Notes: generated from the sequence alone by a model not told the origin. DNA of 64,000 nucleotides from an uncultured Candidatus Rokubacteria bacterium (GCA_963805625.1 CAWDVE010000010.1:1696001-1760000); one strand, 5' to 3'; positions 19,401-29,639 are shown, counted from the first letter of the stretch. Made by a program: numbers and translations.

Positions 19401-19578
19401 CCTGTCCCGAATAGAAGCATCGACCGTGCCGGGTCCGCGAGATGTCCGGACGCTGGAATATCCCGTCTCGCAATGGGTGTTGCGCAATGCTCCGTTCCCG
19501 TGCCCCGATGACGTCGCCCCGTCGAAATGGCGCGGACCTGCAGCTCACCGGCGCGTCGTCCACCGCTCGGCCAAACGA

Positions 19579-20472
19579 TCATCGAGCGGCCACGACTGCA
19601 TGCTCGGTGGGACGGACCCGTCTCCGTCGATGCTGAGCGTAGACGAAGGTGATCTCGGCGCCGAAGAACATGATGAGAGACGAATAGTAGACCCATACGA
19701 GGAATACGACCAATGATCCCGCCGCACCATACGAGGATCCGATGCTTGCGTGGCCGAGATACAGGCCGATCAGGAACTTGCCGATGCCGAACAGGACTGA
19801 TGTGGTGACCGCTCCTACCCATACATCTGGCCAGCCGAGGCGAACGTCGGGCAGGACCCGATAGACCATCGCGATCAGAACCGAGATGACCAGCAAGGAA
19901 ACCAGGAAGTTCAGGACCTGCCACAGAGTGCCGCCACCCGGAAACGTCCGCGACAGATATCCTTGAAGTGCGGCCAGCGTGGCACTCACCACCAAGGACA
20001 CCAGCAGAAGAAAGCCAACCGCTAGGACCAGGGCCAGGGACAAGAGCCGGGTACGGATCAGGCTCCAGAGCAAACCACGCCGGGTGACGGTGTTCACCGC
20101 GGTCTTCACCCCCCAGATCTGATTCAGCGAAGACTGCAATTGCGCGAATACCGTCGTGGCGCCGAACAGCAGCGTAATGACGCCGACCGTCATGGACCCA
20201 ACGCTCTGGCCTGATAGACTCGTGCTCTCCAGCACCGTTCGGACCGTCTCTGCCCCGGCGTGCCCGATCAACTCTCGGATCTGTGTGAGCAGCTCGGAAC
20301 GCACGGGCTGCTCGCCCCACACCAGCCCGGCCACGGCCACGATGATCAAGACCAGAGGCGAGAGCGACAGGACGGTATAGAACGACAGGGCGGCGGATAG
20401 CTGGAATGGGGAGTCCTCCAAGAACTTGGTGACGGATTCGTGTGCAACCTTCCAGTACGTGCGCCCGGTCAT
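19579..20472 (-). CDS. YihY/virulence factor BrkB family membrane protein
   Basis: LSAALSFYTVLSLSP; LQSSLNQIWG; SSYGAAGSLVVFLVWVYYS..FFGAE. Confidence 0.92.
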   Translation of the reverse strand: MTGRTYWKVAHESVTKFLEDSPFQLSAALSFYTVLSLSPLVLIIVAVAGLVWGEQPVRSELLTQIRELIGHAGAETVRTVLESTSLSGQSVGSMTVGVITLLFGATTVFAQLQSSLNQIWGVKTAVNTVTRRGLLWSLIRTRLLSLALVLAVGFLLLVSLVVSATLAALQGYLSRTFPGGGTLWQVLNFLVSLLVISVLIAMVYRVLPDVRLGWPDVWVGAVTTSVLFGIGKFLIGLYLGHASIGSSYGAAGSLVVFLVWVYYSSLIMFFGAEITFVYAQHRRRRVRPTEHAVVAAR

Positions 20473-20940
20473 GGCGCGAGCTCCGATCTCCAGAACCCCC
20501 TCTCAGGTCGAGTCACGTGGGTGGCCACTGCCGGAGCACAACACTGGCGGATGCGCTACCCGCTCGCCCCTTTGACCTACGAATCCGTGGGACCATGGAT
20601 CCTCAAGCTTCCCAGCGTGCAAGGGCCCTGCCTTGCCGTCGTCAGAGCAGCCGGCCGGAGGAGAATCGTCGTCTACGACAGCGCGTCATGGTGACGCCAG
20701 AATGACGGCCGCCACGCGGCCGCCACACCGCCGGCTCGAGACTCGGCGTCCTTGGACGGACGTGCCCCGGGATCCCCCATTCGGCTGAGTGACTACGGCG
20801 TGGCCCGCGATGGGCTCTGTGCCTTATTCGAAGCGGCCAGCGCCCTGGGCCATTCTCCTCGACGCCTCGCGAATCGGCACGCCCAAGAGAGCCGGCGGAT
20901 GGCATGTAGACGGGCTTTCTGTCCAGTCCGTTCGCCTTGC

Positions 20941-20956
20941 TGGCATACCGCTTGCT
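20941..20956 (+). promoter_or_regulatory. Sigma-54 (-24/-12) promoter
   Basis: TGGCATACCGCTTGCT matches TGGCA-N6-TTGCW with GG-N10-GC spacing. Confidence 0.7.
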
Positions 20957-20979
20957 CACGGTGGAGGTAGGGCTGAAGG

Positions 20980-21609
20980 ATGAAAGAGACTTGGAAGGTC
21001 GCGGCCGTGAAGGAGGAGTTCGTTATGGTGACGAATCCGGCAGAGCGCATCACGCCGCGCGCTGTCGCTGGACGGTGGCCGGTGGATTGGAGCGCGATTT
21101 GGGCCGGGGCGCTTAGTGCCGTGGTGGTCGGTCTGATCATCACTCTGATCGGCATCGCGGTGGGAGCGCACAAGACCGCCGTCACTCGCATCGTCCACTG
21201 GAGCGAGTTCGGGTTCGGCACTCTGATCTTCACCGTGTTCGGAGCATTTCTGTCGTTCGTCGTCGGCGGCTGGGTCGCGGGACGGATCGCGGGATTTGTC
21301 CGCTCGGAGCCCGCCATACTCCACGCCGCGATTTCCTGGCTTCTGGGCGTGAGTCTAATCGTCGCGGCCGGCTCGTTCGGAGGAGCCCCGTTCGGCCCCT
21401 GGTATCGCAGCGTCACGGTGCTCAGGGCGCCCGCAGTGCCAACTGTCGTGGAGGATCCAGACACGGCACGGGCCGCGAGGAATGCCGCCCTCGGCGGGGT
21501 CGCGGCGCTGCTGCTGGGGCTCGTCGGCGCCGTCGTCGGCGGCTGGATGGCGTCTGGCGAACCGATGACCCTGACGTATTACCGGTCACGCGAGCAGCGG
21601 GCCGGGTAG
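20980..21609 (+). CDS. Multi-pass membrane protein (start possibly ATG 21025)
   Basis: WSAIWAG; GGWVAGRIAG; AILH; four to five hydrophobic helices; AAGGAGGAG before 21025. Confidence 0.75.
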   Translation: MKETWKVAAVKEEFVMVTNPAERITPRAVAGRWPVDWSAIWAGALSAVVVGLIITLIGIAVGAHKTAVTRIVHWSEFGFGTLIFTVFGAFLSFVVGGWVAGRIAGFVRSEPAILHAAISWLLGVSLIVAAGSFGGAPFGPWYRSVTVLRAPAVPTVVEDPDTARAARNAALGGVAALLLGLVGAVVGGWMASGEPMTLTYYRSREQRAG

Positions 21610-21622
21610 GAGGACACACTCG

Positions 21623-21703
21623 ATGGCACTGATTCTGCTCTGGCTCCTTGGTGTTCCGTTGACTCTGATCGTCATACTCTTTCTGCTCGGTGTGGGGCAC
21701 TGA
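21623..21703 (+). CDS. 26-aa single-helix small membrane protein
   Basis: AGGAGG RBS then MALILLWLLGVPLTLIVILFLLGVGH*; below the ORF-track cutoff. Confidence 0.75.
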   Translation: MALILLWLLGVPLTLIVILFLLGVGH

Positions 21704-21729
21704 TATCCGGCCGTGCGCAGCCTCGGAAC

Positions 21730-21890
21730 AGAGACCGTCGAACGTCTCATTGATAAAGCCTTCAAGGAGCACCACGTGGTGGACCTCGTGCTCGCCGAAT
21801 TGCCTCGGGTGAGTCCGCGGGACGATCGCTTCGTCGCCAAGATGACGGTTCTGTCCGAGCTGGTCGACCAGCACGTGCAGTCCTTGGAGG
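21730..21890 (+). pseudogene. Hemerythrin (HHE) domain fragment
   Basis: KAFKEHHVVDLVLAEL..DRFVAKMTVLSELVDQHV; N-terminal half absent. Confidence 0.65.
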
Positions 21891-22369
21891 ACATCACGAG
21901 TCGGTGTGCATCGAGGCGCTCGCCCCCGGTTTCAGGCTAGAAGACTCGCCGTCCGAGTTCCCTGATCACAACCCTACCGTACCCCTCGATTGGGATCTAT
22001 CGAACGATCCGACGGACCGGACTTCCATTCGTGGAGGCTCTAGCCTTGGGAAAGCTGGCTTCGCGGCCCTGTAGCCGTTTCGCATGCGTGCCCAGTGGTC
22101 TCGTGGCGGAGCCGGCACGCGCAGCTTTCGCGAGGTTTTCCCAAGACTTGGCGGCTTCCTGGACGGGTTGCGACGAAGGGCCCCGAGGCCAACGGTGATC
22201 CTGTCTCGCGACCTGTCTCGCGAGCTGTGTCCCGCTCCGAAGGTGTCCCGCTCCGGGGGTTGCGGCCACTGGCCCCCTGAGCGAAGATGGGCCGCACGCG
22301 ACCCCCCGTGACCCTTCCGGCGAGGCGGGCCACGACCGTCTCCCGGTCCGGATGCAGAGAGGAGGCAAC

Positions 22370-23545
22370 GTGGCGAACCCTCCTCGCCTCCCCGTCCGCG
22401 ACGTCATCGTCATCGGAGGCGGGATCAGCGGGACGGCGGCGGCCTACGAACTGGCGCGGACGGGCGTCGCCGTCACCCTTTTGGAGAAGGGGGATCTCGC
22501 CAGCATGGCGTCCGGATGGACGCTCGCGGGGGTCAGGCAGTCCGGCCGCGACCCCGCGGAGTTGCCGCTGGCGATGGCCGCCGTGCTGCGCTGGGCAGAA
22601 CTGGCCGACGAGCTGGGGACCGAGGTCGAGTACCGGCAGGAAGGGAACCTTCGTCTGGCCCGGACGTCCGAAGAGGTTCCGATCGTCTCCGAGCTGGTGC
22701 GAACCCAGCGAGCGCTCGGCCTCGACCTCGTCTTCCTGCCGGACGCCGCCGCCGTCCGAGCGGTCGCGCCGGCGCTCGCCGACACCGTGCTGGCCGCCTC
22801 CTACTGCCGAAGCGACGGCCACGCGAACCCAACTCTCGCGGTCCGGGCCTTCGCTGCCGCGGCAGAGCAGCACGGCGCGGCCATCCGCGTCGGAGTCGAG
22901 GTCAAGAGCATCCACGCGACAGGAGGGCGCGTCCACGGCGTCGCGACGACCGCGGGTCCGGTCGCGGCCGACGTGGTCGTCGTCGCGGCCGGCGTCCACT
23001 CCGCCGCGCTCTGCGAGACGATCGGCCTCGCGCTGCCGCTGACCGTGCGGCACGCGACGATCGTGCAGACGGTCCCGCTGCCCCCCCTCGTCCGGCAGGT
23101 CCTCGGTGTGGCGAATGCGGACTTCGCGGGGCGGCAGGAGGTGTCGGGGCGATTCCGCATGAGCGGTGACGCGGTGCCGTGGCGGTGGCCAAGTGGGCTG
23201 ATTGACGCCGACTCGGTCCAACCGTCGGCGGCCAGCGTCGCCGCAACGATCGCCCGCGGCATCGCCATCCTCCCGGCCCTGGAGAGCGCCGGCATCGCCC
23301 GCGTGTGGGGCGGACTCATCGACATGACGCCGGACGGCCTACCGATCCTTGGTTGCGTACCCGAAGTCGAGGGTTTGGTCCTAGCGGCTGGCTTCTCGGG
23401 TCACGGCTTCTGCCTGGGACCCGCCACCGGCCAGATCGTCCGCGAGCTCGTGACAACGGGGCAGGCCTCGCTGACGCTCACACCCTTCCGCTGGAGCCGC
23501 TTCGCCGGCGTGAGGGGGGTCGCGGCGACCACGCTCCATGGGTGA
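22370..23545 (+). CDS. FAD-dependent oxidoreductase (DAO/sarcosine oxidase beta-like)
   Basis: DVIVIGGGISG; ASMASG; DMTPDGLPILG; GFSGHGFCLGP; GGAGG before GTG. Confidence 0.9.
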   Translation: MANPPRLPVRDVIVIGGGISGTAAAYELARTGVAVTLLEKGDLASMASGWTLAGVRQSGRDPAELPLAMAAVLRWAELADELGTEVEYRQEGNLRLARTSEEVPIVSELVRTQRALGLDLVFLPDAAAVRAVAPALADTVLAASYCRSDGHANPTLAVRAFAAAAEQHGAAIRVGVEVKSIHATGGRVHGVATTAGPVAADVVVVAAGVHSAALCETIGLALPLTVRHATIVQTVPLPPLVRQVLGVANADFAGRQEVSGRFRMSGDAVPWRWPSGLIDADSVQPSAASVAATIARGIAILPALESAGIARVWGGLIDMTPDGLPILGCVPEVEGLVLAAGFSGHGFCLGPATGQIVRELVTTGQASLTLTPFRWSRFAGVRGVAATTLHG

Positions 23546-23574
23546 CACACACTCCGGTCTATGGAGGGAAATCT

Positions 23575-25170
23575 ATGAGATATCGACTGACCCTCGGTCT
23601 CGCCCTCGTGGCCGCCGCGCTGCTCGTCAGCCCGGCCGTGAGCCGGGCGGCGGGTGTCCTGCGACTCGGTCAGAACGCGTCCGACATCGGTAGCCTGGAT
23701 CCGCACTTCGCGACGACCACGCAGGACCGCAGCCTGGTCGACATGGTCTTCAACGGGCTCGTCCGGTACAAGCCGGGCGACGGGTCGATCTTCGAGTCGG
23801 ACCTGGCCCAGAGCATCCCCACGCCGCAGACGACCGGCGGCAAGCAGGTCTGGACGTTCCAGCTCCGCAAGGGTGTCATGTGTCACCCGATGGACGGTGT
23901 GCCGTCCTACGAGCTCACGAGCGAGGACGTCGTCTATTCGCTCCAGAAGTCGGCGGACAAGAACCGTTCCGCGTACGCCGCCGACTACACGGGCATGACG
24001 GTCGAGGCCGCCGACGCCTCCACGGTACGCATCACCCTCGACCAGCCGCTTTCCCCCGTCTTGTTCCTTCCCAAGGTCGCCAACTACTCGGGCGGGTTCA
24101 TCGTGTGCAAGAGGGCGGCCGAGAAGCTCGGGGCAGGAGGGCTCAAGACCCACCCGGTGGGCACCGGCCCGTTCATGTTCAAGACCTATGTTCCCCAGGA
24201 GCGTGTCCAGCTCGTCGCCAACCCGGCCTACTTCCGGGGCAAGCCTCAGCTGGATGGTGTCGACTTCCGCTACATGCCCGACCTGTCGAGCCGTGAGCTG
24301 GCCCTTCGCGGCGGCCAGCTCGACGTGGTCAACGGCGCGCCGGACAAGGCGTGGGTCGAGAAGATGAAGGCCGTCTCCGGCGTGAAGGTGGACGTCTTCG
24401 GGGTGGGCGAGGTCGCCGTCCTGTACTTCCGGACCGGCGCCGCGCCGCTGGACAAACCCGAGGTGCGAAAGGCCATCGCCTTCGCTCTGGACCGGGACGA
24501 GTTCCTCGCCCTGGTGGGTCGTGGCATCGCGGAGAACGTCTACTCCCCGGTTCCGGTGCGGTTCCTGGCTGGCGGGCTCACCAGAGAAGAGGTCGCGGCG
24601 AAGGGGCTCGAATACGCGACCGACCGGGAGAAGGCGAAAAAGCTCCTGGCGCAGGCCGGCGTTCCGAACGGCTTCAGCCTGGAGATGGCCACCTCCGAGA
24701 TGACCGGCTACCGCATCCTCTACGAGTCGATGCAGGCGCAGCTCGCCAAGGTTGGGATCACGATCAACCTCAAGGGCGTGGATCACTCGACGATGCACAG
24801 CCTCATCCGCAAGGACGCCAATCCGTTCGTCATCTACATTGCCTGGCGCCCGAACGCGGACGTGTATCTCACCCAGTTCTTCCACTCGGACTCGATCGTG
24901 GTCACCGGCAAGAAGCCCAATACCAACTTCTCGCACTACAACAAGATCGACGGCCTGATCGAGCAGGCGCGGACCGAGACGGACGCCGCGAAGCAGATCG
25001 CTCTCTGGAAGGAGGCGCAGTTCAAGATCCTGGAGGACATGGTCGCCTACCCGATCCAATATCAGAATCAGGTGTACGCGCGGTCGGCCGCCGTCGATTA
25101 CGGACACGAGCTGGTGTCGGTCCTGGCGCTCTACCCCGGGATCACGGAAAAGACCCGTCTCGTGAAGTAG
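23575..25170 (+). CDS. Peptide/nickel-type (family 5) ABC substrate-binding protein
   Basis: Signal peptide; SLDPH; WTFQLRKGV; PVGTGPFMF; VRKAIAFALDR. Confidence 0.92.
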   Translation: MRYRLTLGLALVAAALLVSPAVSRAAGVLRLGQNASDIGSLDPHFATTTQDRSLVDMVFNGLVRYKPGDGSIFESDLAQSIPTPQTTGGKQVWTFQLRKGVMCHPMDGVPSYELTSEDVVYSLQKSADKNRSAYAADYTGMTVEAADASTVRITLDQPLSPVLFLPKVANYSGGFIVCKRAAEKLGAGGLKTHPVGTGPFMFKTYVPQERVQLVANPAYFRGKPQLDGVDFRYMPDLSSRELALRGGQLDVVNGAPDKAWVEKMKAVSGVKVDVFGVGEVAVLYFRTGAAPLDKPEVRKAIAFALDRDEFLALVGRGIAENVYSPVPVRFLAGGLTREEVAAKGLEYATDREKAKKLLAQAGVPNGFSLEMATSEMTGYRILYESMQAQLAKVGITINLKGVDHSTMHSLIRKDANPFVIYIAWRPNADVYLTQFFHSDSIVVTGKKPNTNFSHYNKIDGLIEQARTETDAAKQIALWKEAQFKILEDMVAYPIQYQNQVYARSAAVDYGHELVSVLALYPGITEKTRLVK

Positions 25171-25182
25171 CCACCGAGCCAC

Positions 25183-25212
25183 CCGGGCGGGCGCGCAGCC
25201 GCGCCCGCCCGG
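25183..25212 (+). other. Perfect 13-bp intercistronic hairpin after the SBP gene
   Basis: ccgggcgggcgcg-cagc-cgcgcccgcccgg. Confidence 0.6.
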
Positions 25213-25234
25213 ATCGCCTCGGATTCGCCGGCCC

Positions 25235-26173
25235 ATGCCCAAGTACATCGCGCAGCGGCTGTTCCTGTCGGTCCCCGTCTTCCTGGCGGTCGTGACCATC
25301 GTCTTCGTCGTCGTCCGGGTCATCCCGGGCGACCCGGCGACGGCGGCGCTCGGCGATTACGCCTCCAAGGAGGCGGTCGACGCCCTCCGGGAGCGGATGG
25401 GCCTCAACGCCTCCCTTCCCGTCCAGTACGCGCGCTTCCTCGGAGACCTCGCCCGGGGTGATCTCGGCGTTTCCATGATCACGGCAGCGCCGATCCGCGA
25501 CCAGGTCGTGCACGCCCTGCCGTACACCGTCGAGCTGACGGTGGTCTCGATCCTGATTGGGTGCGCGCTGGGTGTGCCCGTCGGCGTCTACACGGCCGTC
25601 CGGCGCAACCGTCTCGGCGACTACGTCGGGCGCATCCTGTCCCTCACGGGCCTGTCCGTCCCGGCCTTTTACTTCGGCATCCTCCTGATCCTGCTCCTGG
25701 CCATCTGGCTCCAGTGGCTGCCGGCGGTGGGGGGGGGCAGCAGCGACGACGTCGTGGACCGCTCGCGCCACCTCGTGGTGCCCGCGCTGACCCTGGGTCT
25801 GATCATGACGGCCTCCGTGGCGCGGCTCGCCCGCTCCGCGATGCTCAACGTCCTCTCCCAGGACTACGTGCGGACGGCCAGGGCGAAGGGGCTCCACGAG
25901 CGGGTGGTGCAGCTCCGCCACGCCCTCCGCTCGGCCCTGGTGCCCGTCGTGTCCGTCACCGGGATCTGGGCCGTGAGCCTGATCGGGGACTCCGTAACGG
26001 TGGAGGTGGTGTTCGCGCGCCCGGGCCTCGGCAAGATGATGGTGGGGGCCATCCTCCAGCGAGACTACACGGCACTCCAGTCCGTCATGGTCGTCTACAC
26101 GGGTTTCGTGGTGGCGATCAATCTCGCCACCGACCTGGTGTACGGATGGGTCGACCCGAGAATCCGGCACTGA
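25235..26173 (+). CDS. DppB/OppB-type ABC permease
   Basis: PGDPA; GDLGVS; QDYVRTARAKGL; RDY; VDPRIR. Confidence 0.92.
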   Translation: MPKYIAQRLFLSVPVFLAVVTIVFVVVRVIPGDPATAALGDYASKEAVDALRERMGLNASLPVQYARFLGDLARGDLGVSMITAAPIRDQVVHALPYTVELTVVSILIGCALGVPVGVYTAVRRNRLGDYVGRILSLTGLSVPAFYFGILLILLLAIWLQWLPAVGGGSSDDVVDRSRHLVVPALTLGLIMTASVARLARSAMLNVLSQDYVRTARAKGLHERVVQLRHALRSALVPVVSVTGIWAVSLIGDSVTVEVVFARPGLGKMMVGAILQRDYTALQSVMVVYTGFVVAINLATDLVYGWVDPRIRH

Positions 26174-27039
26174 CGGCAGCGGCGTCCCGACCCCCTGAGG
26201 ACGGCGAGCTTCGCCGGCTGTGGCGCACCTTCAGCCGAAACCGCGTGGCCGTGCTCGGTCTCGCGCTCGTGGCCGTGGTCACGGGAGCGTCGGTGGGTGC
26301 GCCGATCCTCACGCCCCGGAACCCCTTCGAGCAGCGGGCGCAGGAACGCCTCCAGCCACCCGACGAGAGCCATCCCCTCGGACGGGACACGTTCGGTCGC
26401 GACGTCCTCGCCCGAATTCTGTTCGCCGGGCGCGTGTCCCTCGTCGTGGGCCTCTCCTCCGTCATGCTGGGCGGCGTGATCGGCTGCGCGATGGGCCTTG
26501 TCGCTGGCTACGCGGGCGGGCGCGTCGAGAACGCGATCATGCGCGTGGTCGACGTGCTGATGGCGTTCCCGAGCCTCCTGCTCGGGCTGACCGTGCTGGC
26601 GGTCCTGGGGGCCGGCCTCGGCAAGATGATCCTGGCGATCGGGCTCGTGCTGGCGCCGGCCTTCGCCCGGGTCATGCACGGGGCCGCGCTCACCTTGAAG
26701 CGGCGGGAGTTCGTCGAAGCGGCGCGCGCCGCGGGCGCCTCGACGCCGCGGATCCTGGGGATTCACATCCTGCCCAACGTGCTCGGCGAGGTCGTCGTCC
26801 TGGCCAGCCTCTGGACCGCGTCGGCCATCCGGGTGGAGGCGAACCTCTCGTTCATTGGGCTGGGGGTCTCGCCACCGACGCCGACCTGGGGCAACATGAT
26901 CCGTGATGGCACGCCCCATCTGCTCAACGCCCCCTGGCTGTCGGTGTTCCCGGGGCTGGCGATCCTGGTGACGGTGCTGGCGTTCAACCTTCTTGGCGAC
27001 GGGCTGCGGGACGTGTTCGACCCGCGGCTGCGGGAATAG
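26170..27039 (+). CDS. DppC/OppC-type ABC permease (CTG 26170 or GTG 26245 start)
   Basis: HPLGRDTFGRDV; EFVEAARAAGA; HILPNV; LSFIGLG; FNLLGDGLRD. Confidence 0.9.
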   Translation: MTAAASRPPEDGELRRLWRTFSRNRVAVLGLALVAVVTGASVGAPILTPRNPFEQRAQERLQPPDESHPLGRDTFGRDVLARILFAGRVSLVVGLSSVMLGGVIGCAMGLVAGYAGGRVENAIMRVVDVLMAFPSLLLGLTVLAVLGAGLGKMILAIGLVLAPAFARVMHGAALTLKRREFVEAARAAGASTPRILGIHILPNVLGEVVVLASLWTASAIRVEANLSFIGLGVSPPTPTWGNMIRDGTPHLLNAPWLSVFPGLAILVTVLAFNLLGDGLRDVFDPRLRE

Positions 27040-27051
27040 GCGGGGCCCGCC

Positions 27052-28410
27052 ATGTCGGCAACGAACGAGCTGATCGCCTTCGTACGAGCGCTCGACGGAA
27101 GTCGACTGCCCGACGAGATTCTCCGCCAGGCGGTCCGCGTAGTCCTCGATCTGGTCGGGGTCGCGATCGCGGGGGCCGGCACCCCCATGGGACGGGTGAG
27201 CGCCCGTTTCGCGTGTGACCACTACGCGGCCGGTCCGGCAACCGTCGTCGGCGCGTCGGGAGGCCTGAGCGCGGTGGGCGCGACCTGGGCCAACGGGATC
27301 GCGGCGAGCGCCCTGGACCTCGACGACGGTCACCGCCTCGCGATGGGCCACCCCGGCGCCTCGGTCATCCCCGCGGCGCTGGCGGTCGCCGAGACGACCG
27401 GTGCCTCCGGGCGCGAGTTCCTGGCGGCGATCGTCGCCGGCTACGAAGTCGCGGTCCGGGCGAGCGCGGCGCGCGTTCCGGCTTACAAGGAGCGCCAGTA
27501 CTCGACGGGGATCTGGGGAGGGCTTGGAGCGGCGGCCGCGGCCGGACGGCTCCTCGGGTTGGACGAGAGGGGCTTCCACTCCGCGCTGGGGACGGCGGCC
27601 TCCCACGGGCCGTTCCCGCCCGCTGGGCCGATGGCGAACGACAGCATGACGAAGGAGGTCATCGGGTGGGCGGCGATGACCGGCTGCGCCGCCGCGTTCC
27701 TCTCGCGAAACGGCTTCGTCGGTCCGGAGGACGTCTTCGACTACTCGGGACGCTGGAACACGAACGATCTCGTCGACGGGCTCGGAGATCCGGCGCGGTA
27801 CGCCGTCCTCGGCGTCTACTTCAAACCGCACGCGGTGTGTCGGTGGGCCCACCCCGCGATCGACGCGATGCTGGAGCTGACCGCGCGGCACGCCATCGGT
27901 CCGGCGGAGATCGAGACGATCTGCGTCGAGGGGTTTTACGAGATGACTCGGTTGCTCGACTACGCGCCTCGGACCGTGGTCGGCGCTCAGTTCAGTCTCC
28001 CCTTCGCGCTCGCCCTCGCCGCCCGTGACCGGGCGGTCGGGCTCGCGCAGGTCAGCGAGTCCGCGCTGACGGATCCCGAGTTGCTCGCGCTGGCCCGTCG
28101 GGTCGAGGTGAAGGTGGACCCGGAGCTGGCGCGCCAGTTCCCGGCCAAGACGTCGGCCCGGGTGACAGTGCGCACGGCGCGCGGGGGCTATTGCAGCGCC
28201 GTGGAGTTTCCGAAGGGGAACCCCGAGAACCCTCTGGCCGACACCGAGCTCGTCGACAAGTTCCGGGCGGTGGCCGGTCCGGTCATCGGTGACGCGGCGG
28301 CCCGGGCGCTCGTCGACGCGATTCTGGACCTTCCGACCGCGCCCGCGGTCACGCCGTTGACGAGGCCCCTCGCGGGCGGGGCCCTCGACGAAGAGCGTCG
28401 TCATGGCTGA
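27052..28410 (+). CDS. MmgE/PrpD family protein
   Basis: ANG..ASALDLDDGH; GHPGASVIPAALA; FKPHAVCRWAHPAIDA; AQFSLPF; PKGNPENPL. Confidence 0.92.
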   Translation: MSATNELIAFVRALDGSRLPDEILRQAVRVVLDLVGVAIAGAGTPMGRVSARFACDHYAAGPATVVGASGGLSAVGATWANGIAASALDLDDGHRLAMGHPGASVIPAALAVAETTGASGREFLAAIVAGYEVAVRASAARVPAYKERQYSTGIWGGLGAAAAAGRLLGLDERGFHSALGTAASHGPFPPAGPMANDSMTKEVIGWAAMTGCAAAFLSRNGFVGPEDVFDYSGRWNTNDLVDGLGDPARYAVLGVYFKPHAVCRWAHPAIDAMLELTARHAIGPAEIETICVEGFYEMTRLLDYAPRTVVGAQFSLPFALALAARDRAVGLAQVSESALTDPELLALARRVEVKVDPELARQFPAKTSARVTVRTARGGYCSAVEFPKGNPENPLADTELVDKFRAVAGPVIGDAAARALVDAILDLPTAPAVTPLTRPLAGGALDEERRHG

Positions 28411-29614
28411 GACGGCCGACGCGGTGGTGATCGGGGGCGGGGTCAATGGGATCAGCATCGCTCACGCGCTGGTCGCCCGGGGTGTCCGGCGCGTCGTTCT
28501 CTGCGAGAAGGAGGCACTCGCCAGCGGCGCGTCCGGCCGCTCGAGCGCGCTGGTGCGAATTCACTACACCAACGAGTCGGACGCCCGGCTCGCCTGGGCG
28601 AGCTTCCCAATCTTCCGGGACTGGACCGAGGTCATGGGCGGTCCTCCGGTGTTCCGGAAGACGGGGTTCCTAACGATCGTGGCCCCGGCGTACGCCGAAC
28701 ATCTCCGGCGGAACGTGGAAGTGCTCCGGGCGCTTGGCGTCAACACGGAAGCGCTGGGGCCCGACGACGTGCGCCGGCTCCAGCCGTTCCTGAACGTCGA
28801 GGACGTCGGAGCCGCCGCCTACGAACCGGACAGCGGCTACGCGAGCCCCGCGGACACCGTCGAGGGGTACCGGCGGCGCGCTGAGGCGCTGGGGGCGCAG
28901 GCTCGACAGTGGACCCGGGTCACCCACATCCACGCAGCCGCGGGCCACGTGAACGGAGTGGAGACGACGGGCGGACGAATCGACGCGCCTGTAGTCGTGA
29001 TCGCGGCGGGTGCCTGGTCGACCCGGCTCTGCCGTGAGATCGGCGTGACCCTTCCCGCCCGGCCCAAGACGATCGACACGGTGCTGGCCACGCGTCCGCC
29101 GGAGCTCTCCGCGCCCCACATGACGATCATCGACAACGTGCAGGGCACGTATCTCAGATCCGAGAGCGAGATCCTGACGATCGTCGGCGTCCCGAGCCTG
29201 GAGTGGGACGTGGACCCCGACGCGCTCGGGCCCGGCCTTCCCCCCGGTGCCGGGGAGGAGGGCGCGCGACTCCTGACGCATCGAATCCCGGCTATGGAAC
29301 GGGCGACCCTGGCGCGAGGCTTCCGAGCCTTCGATGGCTACAGCGACGACGGGCACGCCATTCTGGATCGGGTCGAGGGCATCGCGGGTCTCTACCTCGC
29401 GACGGCCTTCAGCGGGATGGGGTTCAAGATCGCGCCCGCGGTCGGGACGTGCATGGCGGAGCTGATTCTCGACGGTGAAGCCAAGACCGTCGACATCCGG
29501 CCGTTCGGGCTGCGGCGCTTCACGGAAGGCCGGCGGCTCGAGGGGCCGTGGCCGTACGCGCTCAAGGGCCACGAAGGGCCGCACGCGCGATCCTTGGGCC
29601 GCCCGCCCGCGTGA
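28403..29614 (+). CDS. FAD-dependent oxidoreductase (DAO/sarcosine oxidase beta-like)
   Basis: DAVVIGGGVNG; ASGASGRSS; AFSGMGFKIAPAVG. Confidence 0.9.
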   Translation: MAETADAVVIGGGVNGISIAHALVARGVRRVVLCEKEALASGASGRSSALVRIHYTNESDARLAWASFPIFRDWTEVMGGPPVFRKTGFLTIVAPAYAEHLRRNVEVLRALGVNTEALGPDDVRRLQPFLNVEDVGAAAYEPDSGYASPADTVEGYRRRAEALGAQARQWTRVTHIHAAAGHVNGVETTGGRIDAPVVVIAAGAWSTRLCREIGVTLPARPKTIDTVLATRPPELSAPHMTIIDNVQGTYLRSESEILTIVGVPSLEWDVDPDALGPGLPPGAGEEGARLLTHRIPAMERATLARGFRAFDGYSDDGHAILDRVEGIAGLYLATAFSGMGFKIAPAVGTCMAELILDGEAKTVDIRPFGLRRFTEGRRLEGPWPYALKGHEGPHARSLGRPPA

Positions 29615-29639
29615 ATCGCGGACGGACGACTCGGCCTCG

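Noticed and set aside
2356-28458. Very long antisense ORFs (for example 2356-4545, 23401-25323, 26095-28458)
   Set aside because: Shadow ORFs of high-GC coding sequence, Arg/Gly-rich and without recognisable motifs
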